From the NCBI GenBank assembly GCA_030141605.1, contig JAQGDQ010000770.1, forward strand, positions 34,158 to 98,157: DNA of 64,000 bases. The letters run 5' to 3'. Below the pieces are notes generated by a model. That model ran no database searches. It was not told the origin of the DNA and saw only the letters and a list, made by a program, of their open reading frames with translations. Shown in pieces: positions 1 through 18,100 of this stretch. The stretch comes from Tubiluchus corallicola (taxonomy: Eukaryota; Animalia; Priapulida). The stretch's first letter is position 1, and each line of letters starts with the position of its first letter. The translations under genes were made by a program, and so were the position numbers.

Positions 1-3000
1 ATTCTTTGTGTCATTTTCATCTCTTACTACTGTGGCAAGATGCGCAAGCCACTCATTATGGGTATCGGTACTATCGGTTTGGCAATCTCTTTTTTCATGT
101 TCTGCATACCGCATTTTGTTTGGGGAGCGGGGTCGACAACAACAGCCGCAAGTCTGGCGAGCTTGACCAACAGGAAGCCGCCTGTGGACATGTGCGCTGC
201 AAATGAAACAATTGTTCAACAATGTGATGCCGCACAAGCTGGGCAGGACAATATGGCGTACATCATCTTTGTCATAGCAGAGATCATCCTGGGTGCAAGC
301 GGTTGTGCAAATTTTGCTTTATCAATAGCTTACCTTGATGATAATATCAGCAAAAAGTCAGCTCCTTTCCTTATAGGTAAGTCAGCATCATGTGTAGAAA
401 CAGTAGTATGTAAGGCTTGTGTACATCATGGAGAATTTTCTGTAAAGAAGTAGGTTCTACGTATGTCAATAAAATAAAATTAAACTGAATTGAAATAAGC
501 ATCGCTTGTTCTTTAAATCATTCTTAATATGCCTAACATGTTAAGGTTAATAGGTCAGATGGAAGTATTTTGGTGAGGGAAGATGTATGCACGCTTGAAC
601 TTGAAATTGAACTTGACCTCAATCTGTAGCATGAGGTCAAATAACACAATCTTTAGCAATGACCAATGAGTTAAGTTCTGGTGTGTCACAACTGAGTGCC
701 GTTGAGTACAAGACACCAGACAGTAGACGCCAAAATTCATAAAAAAGCGGAGAGGACAAAGTTATTGGAATTGGAGAAATGGACTGTTTACGCTGTAATG
801 GGTTTAATACCTTTGAACTTAACACAGTTCTACTGTAATGTGAAAGAAGTGAATTTTACTCTAAATCCACAGCTTGTGATAATCATGCAGTCAGACTTAT
901 ACGCAAAAAAGAGACAAAAAGGTAAAAACAAGATTGATTTACCATCACTCATTTAACAGACAACATTAGCACTAATGACTATTTATCCACTTACTCAGGG
1001 GACGCACACAAATAACAAATAACATGTGGGATATATGCCCTGGCGTAGGCAGCCGCTAGTCTTGAACTCAAGACTGCGAATTTGCAGTCCGGAATCTAAA
1101 CCACTCGGGGACCCAACCCAGGAAAAAAAATTTAGTATAAATTCTTCAGCTTCCATTTTCAGAGAGAATAACTAGAGTAGGTTTAGCATATAGGCGAACG
1201 TTTACAATTCCCCCGCGCACAAGAAATTAATTCGTGAAACGGATTCGGGATGGGGTTAGGGTTAAGCTTAGGGTATTTAAATTGTGTGGGGAATTGTAAA
1301 GTCCTTCCACCATACTCTGCATAAAATAAACAAATAAATAAATAAATAAATAGAAATTGTTACAACAAGGGACTATAAATACGTAAGGCAATTCAGTGTT
1401 CTTACTGTTGACATTGTTGTGTTTGTTTTTTCCAGCTATCAGTTCAGCTGTCCCGATGTTGGGACCAATGATCGGGTTGTTTCTAAGCAGTGCGTTTCTC
1501 AAGCTTTATGTCGATTTGTCAGGTAATTTATTACACTTTTACTGCCTTAGCTTTTATATGTAACGTAAATTAGTATCACCATAAATACTAATACTGTTTG
1601 CGCTTCAAGGAATTTCACAATTAATTATATTAGCTTTGAGCAATCGCCTCACTATGTAGTAACTATCACCTTCAATACTGTGGCGAATTAAATAGGTTTC
1701 ATGTTTGGGTCACAGTGTGCAGGTGGCAGCATCTACAGTGATGATCAATGGTAGCCGGAGCTATTAAGATGCTGGCAATAGAAGTGGAAGTGACTCATCA
1801 TCAAAATTGAGAAGATTTCGTTATTATTAACATTTTTGCCTAAGAGTGCCTTATCAACAACTCCTATTTCTCTCCTTTTTTATTTTATTTTGTCCGAGGA
1901 GTGTTGGCTTCACTTAGCCCTTTCAGTCCCAAATTATTTTTAATCAGAAAAAAATTTTTGGCTTGGTACTTTTGTTCAGTATGTCCATCTTGTTTACACA
2001 TAATAATTATTTTTTCTACCTCTGCCCGCGTGCTAAATATAGCCTGTATCCCACGGGATACATTGGGATTCAATGGAAGCGTAAAATGTGCTTCATTTTG
2101 CAACTGCTGATAGTTTTTTTAAAGCATTTAAAACATTTAGTACGCATGCTAAGCTGATCTGTACAAAGTCGTCTCTAAAGTGCTGTACCTTGCGCAGTTT
2201 TTATGCTCTGTAGATTTTCTACTTTGCCATTTTATCACCATTTTTAGTCTATTGTTATTGGCTTAAATCAAAATAACTATTAACAGATCAAATAGCTGTC
2301 AGTTTTAAAATTTTAGTAATTTTAAAAGCAGAGAATATTCTCGTATCCCACGGGATACAACGGGTATGAAAGGGTTAAGTATTTTTGAATGTTTACTTTG
2401 CAGACACCAATATCAAGCACACAGATCCTGAATGGATTGGAGCATGGTGGTTGGGATTTCTTGTCAACTCTCTGGGATTATTTGTATGCGCAGTTCCGAT
2501 GCTTCTGTTTCCCAGAGAAATTGCTCGCAAACCCAAGCAACAGAATCCAACTAAGAATGACGAACAGTCAGCACAGGAGATGAAGCTAATTAAAACATCC
2601 AATGACAACAAAGCCGATAACTCACTCAGTGTGGAAAACGGAACCTTATTGAAAGCAGACACGGACGACAAGGACATCAATAGTGTATCACAAGAAAAGC
2701 AAGAAACAACGGAAGCTGAGCTCGTTAATAAGATATTTACAAATCCCTTGGATCTATTGAAATCAATTGTAGAACTATTGAAAAACCGAACGTATTTATT
2801 TTTAATACTAGGGACAACATGTGAAGTGTGGTACTACCCAGTGTATTTTCTCTTTCTGCCAAAGTATCTTGAAGCTCAATTTGGCGTTTCCAGATCAGAT
2901 GCTTCTCTTATGAACGGTAGGTTGAAATGGTGACTACAGGAACAAAAGGTCAAAATAACCTCTTTAAGTTAAACTAATTTTTAAATTGTCCAGAAGTTTT

Positions 3001-5712
3001 CTCCCTCGCAGACTTTGCCAGCTGATTGGCAGGTACCAACATCAAGCGCGCCGATCTTGAATGGATTGGAGTATGGTATAGGATTACTTGTGTATGTGCA
3101 CTTCCGATACTTCTGTCCCAAGCTCTACACTTTTTGAAAGCTTCTTTAAAAATAAAGATAAGTTTTAAGACTAAAATGTCATTTTCGACGTTTTGTCTTT
3201 TTTGACCATCGCAAGTGTCACTGAGCACTAACCTATTTCCAAGTTAAAAGGATGGCCAACCTTAATCGCCTTACTGTTCTCGCTATTTAAAAATTAACTT
3301 GCTTTTGTTTGCTGACTAAGCCAAGGATGTACAGAGCCCAACACTAAATTTGTTATTAACATTTAAGCCTCCTCATATCCTATAACTGGAATGTTGTTAA
3401 GGGAGTTTACATATTGAACCATCAAGTGTTACGTGAATTCTAGCCAAAAGCTTTCAAAGCCTTTTTATACATTTGCTGTCTGCTTGACAATGATTCCCTC
3501 GTTTAAGCATCCAACAGCCAGGCATTTTAACAATTATTTGCTTTAGGTTTTGGTAATGTATAGTATCTGTATAGCGATTATTATTTATTTTTATAGGATG
3601 TCTATTGTTCACTATTGTTATTGGTCTACCTATTGGTGGTTTTCTGATGAAAAGATTGAAGGTTCAACTTCGTGGCTACATTTTGTTAGTAACCATCAGC
3701 GTTTGTATTAAGATCGTTGGTACCATTGCCAATATGTTTAATGGTTGTCCGACAACACATTTAGCAGGAAATGCTAGCCTGGATACTGGGTGCGTTTGTT
3801 CATAGCGGTATTTTTGCCACGTTGTTGTGATCATCATTGTAATTTATGTTCTTTGTTTAGTAGCTTTTGCTTAGTTTTAATCTATATCTTTTAGATGCTG
3901 TCCATTGTTCTTTATTATAGAGTTATAAATTGTGGTCGTAATTTTGATTTTCATTACGGTAGTTATCATCGTCATCATCATCGCCACAATCAAAATTATC
4001 ACCATTACCATTATCACTATCATAACGGATAGTTTTTTAACAGTTGGAACTATGCAGCTGGCTGTGAACTATGTGACTGTGATAGTCAAAGATATGGACC
4101 CGTGTGTGGAAGTGACGGTTACACTTATTTCAGTCCATGCTATGCTGGCTGTACTGCAATAAATTCAACTGCCTATCCTAAGGTATAGTTTTTTAATTCT
4201 TTGCAGCTTCAAAAATACTGATTAATGACATATTCAGTGTTTAAAAAGTTAGTTATGTTGTAGATGTTAGATGGCGTGACGTGGCGAATTTCCGTGATTG
4301 GAATTTTGAAGCCAAACATGTCTGAAAGGAAGTAAACGTGAAAAAGTCTGGTTAAACCTTTGTTTCCTTATTAAAAAAATCATCATAAATGAGACACAAT
4401 TAATAATTAATTATGAATTTGTTTCACGATCTAAGTTATTCCTGGTAAAAGTAACATATTTCGTGGTAATTCCTTTAGTGTAAAAATATTTTAGAATGTC
4501 TTAGAAGACGTTCATTGATCAGAAGAACACAAGTAATGAAGTATGACATGGGACTTGTACACACAAGGTCACTGGTTCAAACCCAATTTTTATACTTATA
4601 AGTATAAAGTTTATAATATAAAATTAATAGGTAGTTTCTGCATCTGAGACATTATCTAAACGCATTTTACAACAACAGGTGTATTCTTCATGTTCCTGCC
4701 TGCAATCGAGTACTGTTGGCAGTGCAGTGGAAGGAAGATGTCTTCCAGAATGCAAGTCTCGCCTGATCTTGTTCTTGGCGATTTTTGGAACAACAATGAT
4801 TCTCGTTGCTCCTCTTCACGTGGCGGCGCTGATGGCAAAGTTGAGGTCTGTTACCAAGGAGCAAAAGCCGCTGGCGTTCGGAATGATGTCGTTTACTTTT
4901 AGTGTATTTAGTAAGTTCAAATAATTTTAGTTTAAATACTTTGAGCATTACCAAAAATGTAGTGTGAACAGTTGCAAATCTGCCAATCTTTCTACTTCAT
5001 GCGCTCTGATACCAAACGGTACACAATATCTTCCAGTTTATTTTGGATTCTACTGTAATATGTATTCATTTTGATAATAAAGATTACCAGGAAACGTCTA
5101 GCGTTTGTTTATTCAAAAATTTTACAATCAGCACAGCACTATCCTAACACAAATGTTGCTGTTCTCACGTTAGAATTTCAACTGGAGAATAATAATTTTA
5201 TAATAATAATGATCTTCACACATTGATATCTGCTTAATAGAATAATAATTTTGTTGTTTTTAAATGATAATTACAAAAAATGAACTATTCAGCTTACGCG
5301 AGAGAAATCAGGTCCATGGGTGTTGTATCAGCTCAACAAATACTTGAAATTTTCTTTTTCAGCATTTTTGCCTGGTCCTATTGTTAGTGGAACCCTTGTG
5401 GACACTGCTTGTCTCCTATGGAACAAGAAAACGTGCGACACTAGTGGCAAAACTGGGAACTGTTTACTGTACGACAACGACAGACTGAGATTTGTAATGC
5501 ACGGAACTGCCTTGGGGTTCTTTCTTCTCACAGTCATGTTCTACCTCCTTGCCATGCGTAGTGCACCAGGAGGCTTCCTTGGAGAAGAGGTGGCACCTTC
5601 TAAAACAACAACAGACAATCAAGATAGTGAAAAACCAGAAAAAACACAAGAAGAAGTAGATGAAAATGTGTTAGTAGATGATTTAAGTAACTCTTTACTC
5701 AATATAACATGA
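1..5712 (+). CDS. SLCO/OATP organic anion transporter, paralog 1 (5' end outside window)
   Basis: Exons <1-376, 1436-1522, 2404-2916, 3597-3789, 4044-4182, 4679-4910, 5363-5712, all GT-AG and phase-consistent. Motifs: AYLDDN, OATP signature [24 protein letters not shown], Kazal-like [56 protein letters not shown] at 5998-6003. Confidence 0.93.
953..1115 (-). mobile_element. tRNA-derived SINE fragment
   Basis: Minus strand reads CCGAGTGGTTTAGA (A-box-like), GGACTGCAAAT (anticodon-arm-like) and GAGTTCAAGAC (B-box-like), followed by a non-tRNA body. No complete acceptor stem. Confidence 0.5.
1918..2374. mobile_element. piggyBac-like MITE in SLCO-1 intron 2
   Basis: Ends CCCTTTCAGTCCC and GGGTATGAAAGGG form an imperfect TIR, flanked by TTAG and TTAA. 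The palindrome GTATCCC-AC-GGGATAC occurs twice (2046-2061, 2343-2358). Confidence 0.65.
3031..3120 (+). pseudogene. Decayed partial duplicate of SLCO-1 exon 3 (pseudo-exon) in intron 3
   Basis: AG followed by [15 protein letters not shown]...VCALPILL, aligning with the start of exon 3 ([16 protein letters not shown]...VCAVPMLL) with an internal deletion. Confidence 0.75.
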
Positions 5713-6848
5713 AGAAACCAAATAGTCAATTATTGTCGGTACTGTGAGACCACTTGCGCAACTGAAAACCAGTGACGTTTGTAAAAAAAGCAGACATTAA
5801 CGAGCATTAGTGGTAACTTTTAGGTTGCTTCGTATTAAATGTGTATTAGTGTCGATTCAGTGATTCTGTGCTAGAATAGCTTTTACCTTATGTTTGTTTG
5901 AATAGGACTAGCTGGAATCTGTATCACCTAGTAACGTTTCAAGTGTCGAAATTGTATGCGTCTGTTTACCTCACATATTGCTGTACAATAATATGTAAAT
6001 AAAACATTTCATTGAACACTCAAAGAGTTACTTTTAGCAATTTTCTCGCCTTTCTTTGTATTTCAAATCTGAGAAACGCAAAAATTAGCGAGAATGAAGA
6101 ATGTATGTGAGCTCTGCTAACATATTTAAGGTCCTTAATTTTTAAACCAGAACGTAATGTCATGAAATACATAATTTGTTGCAATTGATAGTCAAAAGTT
6201 TTTCTCCGTCAGCCTAAGTATCAGAGTTATTATATTATTATAACAGTATTATCCCTTGTACTGGTTGTTGTAAAATAAATTTGTTCTATCCTATTCTATT
6301 TCATTTCATTCCATTCCATTCTATACTAGTGCATGTAATTAAATTACGTCGGCCAGTCGTTAAGAAATCGAATTCAGTCTGCTCCGAGGAACTTTACATT
6401 TTCTCTGCCAGTTTTTATGATGGTAATTCCTCCGCTCAGTAATACAATTAAATCCCGTTAAAGATAAATGGGTTCGGTTTGGTTTTTTTTGTGTGGTTCG
6501 GTTTATATTTTACATACGTTTCGAAGTCTCTGCCAGGTTACTTGCTACAACTATAGCCCATCATCACTGTAAAATATAATCAAAGTTTATGAATTACTAC
6601 AACAAGATATAAATGCACGATGACCTTTGCGTGTCCTTCAGGCTTATCATCGTGAAGAATGATTACTTAACGTTGATCATGTGATGGGTTTTTAACGACA
6701 AGCAGCAAGGCATTTGTACAACTAGTAAAATTATAAATGGTGGAAAGTGACATTTCATTCTTCTCATAAGCGAGGTTTATAAAACGAGTAAAAGAAATGA
6801 TCTATAATGTCAATGCTTTAACAATGGAAGATGTGACTTTAACATGTC

Positions 6849-7330
6849 CAGGGCGGGTTAACCACTAGGCTAATAAGGCTATAGCCATAAACCCTAAATT
6901 TTTATAGACATTCGGAGTCCCGAGCCCGATGACAAATTAAATAGAGATAATGTTATTTAGTAAACATGAAAACAAAATTATTCAAACTGAACATATTAAA
7001 ATAAGTATTATTTGCTTTTCATTTTTGTAAACGTCGGTACGCATTTCAGCGATTGAACCTATACTGTACACGGAATATTAAATTTCCATTTTTCACTATA
7101 GATCCAACTCAACACATTTGGTAATAGGATGCCTTGCGCCAAAACATTAGAACACAGGCTTGGCCACAAATGCAACTAGAGCACTGTCAGTTTTAGACTC
7201 ATCGGTAATTTGACACAAAGTATTTTTGGCACATAGATTACTTGGACACATAAATCATTTGGATGCATCGGTCATTTAGACTCTAACATTTAATACTTGT
7301 AAGAGCAGGGGATTTAGACAATTTGCAATA
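6849..7330 (+). mobile_element. Partial copy of the hAT-like non-autonomous element found at 37283-38105
   Basis: CAGGGCGGGTTAACCACTAGGCTAATAAGGCTATAGCC resembles the left end at 37283. Collinear similarity continues (GCGATTG..CCTATACTG, CTATAGA..ACACATTT..ATAGGATGC). Right boundary is approximate. Confidence 0.65.
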
Positions 7331-8788
7331 CATTTTCTCATTGTCCATTGTGTAACAGTGGAACCGTCGTACTTTTTTTTATTTTCCACAGCTTAGTCCA
7401 TTTTTCTGTAGTTGGATTTCCAATACAGAAATCTTAACCTACTTGTCTGTTTGGACAGGTAAATCTAGTTTCGCTGTTTATCTCTCGCCGTCCCGTTAGC
7501 ACAAATAGTTAGGACAAGAAGGTAGGTAAACCTGGGGGCAACTATAACGTAGATGATTTTGTGTTCTTGGGACCTAACTTAACGTTCAGTTGTTTGAATA
7601 GGTTGACAAACGTCATTATCCTACGTCCTGTGTGAAATTGTGTTCGAAGTGACTAAGAGAGAAAATCGGGATGACAAACCTGATTAGTATAAGGTTACTT
7701 TTGCGAATTATAGAGCACAGTGTTATAGAGTGACAAATGGATATGAAACTGTGATAATGTTGTGACTGAGTACAAAGTCTTCGTTTAAATATTATAGCAT
7801 CGTTTCAGTCAGCTGACAGGTACGGCAGACATGTTAAGGAGTGAAACTTGATTCGTGCGAAGCTAAGGACGTTTGGTTGTATAACAGTGTGACGTGGTTG
7901 CTACGAAATCCGGGCTATATACAAAAAAGGTCATTATATACTGTTATAATTCTGTTATAATTGTACAGCATAATAGGCGCAACTAAAAAACTTTAGTATA
8001 GGGATAATTTAAATATTTTACTAAGGTCCAAATTTTGTTGTTTTGCTACACATGATAGAAATCAATGTTTTTAGTTGAGTATTAGTATTAAGTAGCTATT
8101 GTGACAAATTCTGAAATAGATAATTTTTAGGTTTTGACTAACACTTTGTTATCTATATATATCAGCATTTTAACCCATCAGGTTCACAGTTCTCCAACCG
8201 TCTCACAAGGTTGTATGACAAGTCTTTATCAAGCGATATCCCGAAATAGACTAGTTTAAATATTTTTAGTTTTGACTATGAAATTTGTTGCCTAAGGCTT
8301 ATTTTTCACTTGAACAACTTGAAAACTTAAACAAGTTGCCATAGGATGTTTACTCGCTTGTGGAAACTAAGCGACTAAATGACCAAATTTTCCTCATCAC
8401 CTCTGTTGTCGAGTTTTGTGTTTGCTCGGAGGCTTTCCTTGTCAAGTTTTCCTAGTTGAGTTGGCGCATCCAGTAAGTTTTTTTCGTGTTGTCCATGCAG
8501 ACAATGTTTGCTCTATTAAATCAGAGGAGTTGCCATTACTTTTTCGCTGATTTAGAGTAACAATGAGTTTTTAATAAGCAAGGGTAAGCGTTCCCCTTGT
8601 TTGTTACTTTGCTGTGCTATGTATATGTACGTATACAGTTATTATACATAAGCCTAAATCTATATTTAAGATGATATTGTACACATTCAACATAGAACAT
8701 TAACGCTTTATTATAAGGGCCCAGAACAATATTTTTTCGTGTCTATATAAAATAAAATAGCTGCAAAAATGAAATGAAATGAAAAAAG

Positions 8789-8886
8789 TAAATAATTAAA
8801 ATTTAGGTAGATAATAGATAATTTAAATAATTAATAATTAAATAATTAAAATTTAGGTAGATAATAGATAATTTAAATAATTAATA
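8789..8886. repeat. 50-bp tandem duplication upstream of SLCO-2
   Basis: TAAATAATTAAAATTTAGGTAGATAATAGATAATTTAAATAATTAATA present at 8789 and 8839. Confidence 0.9.
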
Positions 8887-8979
8887 GTTAAATTAATGAA
8901 AAGTAATGAAGTTATTTTAAAGCTAATATTCCAATACATTGCGTTGCTTAATTTTAGGCAGCCCAGTCAATAGAACAAA

Positions 8980-14084
<5,105 letters not shown>

Positions 14085-15105
14085 ATCCAGAGTAGTTCCC
14101 TGTACATAGGAAACAAATGAAACAAAAACTTGTTTTTTGTATATTTAATAAAAGTGTTTAATCTTGTTGCTTGTGTTGTTTTACATTTATAATGCAGCAT
14201 TATAATGCTTTGAGAGTAATAATTGCGTTTTTATATAAGTTGCTGTGGTGTGCCCTGCATACAAAATGTGTCTTCCCAGTTTTCTTGAAAAGTTTGCATC
14301 TTTTCTTCACCTTATGTTTTAAGACTAAATAATACGCATTTTATCTGCCACAGATAATAAAAGTAAGAGATTTAGTGTGTGCGGTGCTAAATTCCTAATT
14401 AAAGAATTTTAGTGGATCGCGCTGTCAAGGGCTAGAAGACGAGGTTTTAAATTTCACGGCCTCTTATAGTTTACCTTCAGCCACAAGTATAGAGTAGATA
14501 CTTGGAGGTCCTGCCTGTAGTGAACAATGATTTTCAAAGAAAAACTCAGTGCTTTAACCTAAAGAATATGATAAATTGAAAAATTTACAAGTTACTGCAC
14601 TAAAACGCATCAAATGGCAGGCAGAGCTGTTATTGTACTGCAGCGCGATTTTTGTCAGCAGTCAAAACGTCCAATGGCATAATGAACAATGGCCAATTAG
14701 GGAAAATCAAAAGCTAACTTGATCAGTCAAATATATGTTATGTCTCCAATGGTGTAATGCTGCCAACAGCCCTTCAGTCCAGTCTGTTAACCCGGTCTTG
14801 CAGGCATCACGGTTTTGTCACCTGCAAAAACAAGGATATCTGTCCAGCCCAACCTATGCAGATAAAAACGAAAATGAGTAGTTGTTGACATAATAAAGCC
14901 TGACAAAAGTCAGTCGGCATTTTAGCGCTTGTAAAATGTATTTCTCAATTTTAATTACAACTGATTAAATTCCTGTCTTTGCAGTTTATACAAGTTAAGA
15001 AGTTTGTAAATAAGCTATTTTCCTTTTAGCGCATTTGCAGAATGAAATGCAAAGTTATTTATATGGTTATAATTATTGTTTATAGATACGTAGGAAGCAA
15101 TAAAA

Positions 15106-18100
15106 ATGGCATTGCCAGTGAAAGCTGACAAAAGAGAAGGCAGATTGTGTGGAATTAGTCAGTGTCGTCCACGTTTTATTCAACGCTTTGCAAACATTTA
15201 TTGCTTCGGTCTCTTTTACGTGCTTAACATGTTGTTCAGAGGAATGTATTGGGGCGTTTTCATGGGCGTAGTCACTACAGTAGAGAAACGCTTCAACTTA
15301 AAGACTCGAGAGATTGGTCTCCTTCTTGCCGTCAATGAAATCGGCCACATTCTCTGCGTCGTCATCATCTCTTATTACGGTGGGAAGAAGCGAAAGCCAT
15401 TGGTCATGGGAATTTTTCAGCTACTTTTTGCATTCTCTCTACTCTTATATGCTACGCCACATTTTATATTTGGTCCTGGGACAGTGTCCAACGCTGCTAT
15501 TTCCACCAACAACAGCAATGTTACAGAGGGTAGTGGTATGTGTCATGCAAAAGAACCTATTAATAATAATGGCACTGCCTGTGATAGTACTGCAATGGAT
15601 AGCGTTGAAAATAGGACTGCGTACTTCATATTTGCACTTGCAAACTTTCTGCTTGGGGCATGTGCATCTGCATATTATTCTCTAGGCTTGGCATATTTGG
15701 ATGATAATGTAGAGAGGGATACAGCACCTGTATTGATAGGTATATTGACACTGCAAGTGTTACTTTGGTTGATAAATGCTAGAATTTTACGCAATGTAGA
15801 AAGCCTCTCAAAGAAAATTAAGAAAACATTTAAAATGAGCTTCATTTACTATAAATTTCCAACTTTCCCATTTAGCTGTTGGAGTTTTGTGATATTTTTT
15901 TTAATATTCATCACGTTGCAAGCCAGAATTCAGAACTCAATAACCGTGCATTTTTAGCTTGTGTTCATGACAAGACGAGAACCTAGCTCATTATCAAAGG
16001 TAACCGTTTAGATAAACCAGTGAACTTCGGTGGTGAATCAAACTCAGTAATGGTCAACTTAAGGTCATTCAGTCATTTGTTTCATTGAACACCACTTTTG
16101 TCTATAACTATAGATATAAATAATCACTTATCTGCGCTAATAGGCGCAGTAGGAGAATATATCTTTGGGAATTAATTGAGACACAAAAGCATTTTTTGAA
16201 TCAGGATGTTATTTAGTATTGTTGTAAAAGTCTTCTCTTCAATTGACCTTGGGAATTTTTTTAGGGCCGGTTGAATTTTATGACCAACACAAAGCATCAG
16301 CCTTAGCAAACACGTCTTTGCTGACCTTTTTTGTCAGCATTTAATGCAGTCCAGATTATCATATTAGTTTAGATTACCATGTCATGTATATTTGCTGTGA
16401 TTTCTTAATAAAATGTAGCCACATGACCGCTAGTAACTATTTTCCTAAACATGTCACGATTTTCTTTTTTTGCTCCACACATCTCATTAAATTCGTTCAT
16501 TTATGCAGGTGTGACAAACTCACTGCCCATGTTTGGACCAATGCTGGGTTATTTCCTGAGCGCACTATGCATCAGTATTTACGTCGATCTTTCAGGTGAG
16601 GTAACATTTTCAAATGATGTGTTAACGCTTTATATTTATATTGAATTGCTACATTTTCTAACTTATACCTCATTCATAGCTGTAACTAAAAATGACAAGT
16701 GAGTCGCTGTCCATTTGTCCATGGCTCAGTTTGATTTCATTATACTATCAATAAGGGGTTGCCAGCATCATTAATATCAACTGCCACTAGAAATTTGTAT
16801 GTATATTTTTCTGTTCAATTTTTTGGAATTAATCATTAGCTTGCAGCAATTTCAAAAGGCAGCTATTAATCACCTGACATCAGAAGCAAGCGCCAAATCT
16901 TGAAGAGAAAAACAACGTACAGTAATGTATTTATTACAGGCACAAATTTAAACCCGTCCGATCATCAGTGGATAGGGGCTTGGTGGCTTGGGTTTGTAAT
17001 TACATCCATATTATTGTTTATTGTTGCTGGACCATTGATGCTGTTTCCAAAATACATGCCAAAGACTTTATCCAAAGCGGCGGAAGGAGAGCTGGAGGAA
17101 GAGCAACTTCAGAAAAAGCCACATTCATCGTACGAAAATATAGCTTTAAATGTGGCAGAAATTCCAACAGAACTTCTAAAGGACATCTGGCGTTTAGCCA
17201 AGAACAAAGTCTTCGTATTTTTGACTCTTGGCAGCTGCCTGGAGAATTGGCAAATTGTCCTGTATTATATGTTTTTGCCAAAGTACGCCGAAGTGCAGTT
17301 TGGACTGTCCCCCTCTGAAGCGAATGTATTGAATGGTAAGCAAATGTGCACGTTTTTAGATTTGCATGATTATCTTATTATGTATTACAACAATACAAGT
17401 TGTAAAAATATAACAGAACAGTTTTGTGACGTTATGAATAACTAATCAATTTTTCAAAATTTCAACCTTCAGATCATCAGTAGATCTAGCGCTTAGTGGC
17501 TTGGTAAAGTCAAGCTTTTACTAAGCAGTGATGATTATGCGAGTACGATTTAGCAGCAAGTTTTTTACTAAATGTTTTAACAAAAGGAATTCATAAAACA
17601 ACAATAATTTTATTTATAAAAAACAACTTTTTTTCTTTAGATGCATTGTTTCTATGTAAACTGTATGATGATGCTAAACCAAGCATTTAGGTGTATTGTC
17701 TCTGCATATTGTGCTTTATCATACTGTATTGTATTGTATTGCATTGTATTGCATTGCATTGCATTGCATTGTATTGCATTGCATTGCATTGCATTGTATT
17801 GTATTGCATTGCATTGCATTGCGTTGCGTTGCGTTTTGTTGCATTGCATTGCATTGCATTGCATTGCATTGCATTGCATTGCATTGCATTGTATTATACT
17901 GTACTGAACTACACTCCATTACACTACACTGCACTGCACTGCACTGTACTGTATTGTATTGTGTTGTATTATATTGTGTTGTACTGTATCAATAAGCTCA
18001 TTATTATCATCTTAAAAGTTTTCTGATTATAATGCTTTTATATTATTTTCCATTAGGTGTCCTAATCGCGTTTATGACATTTGGTCTTCTTGTTGGCGGT

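Noticed and set aside
1045-1115. tRNA-Cys gene on minus strand
   Set aside because: A/B boxes and a GCA loop are present, but the stems do not pair into a cloverleaf; treated as a SINE head.
1201-1300. Telomere-like GGGTTAGGGTTAAGCTTAGGG
   Set aside because: Only 2-3 units, enclosed by the inverted repeat TTTACAATTCCCC/GGGGAATTGTAAA; more likely a small repeat element than an interstitial telomere.
17641-18026. Cys-rich ORFs (CIALH/MQCNA repeats) on both strands
   Set aside because: Translations of an intronic pentanucleotide microsatellite.
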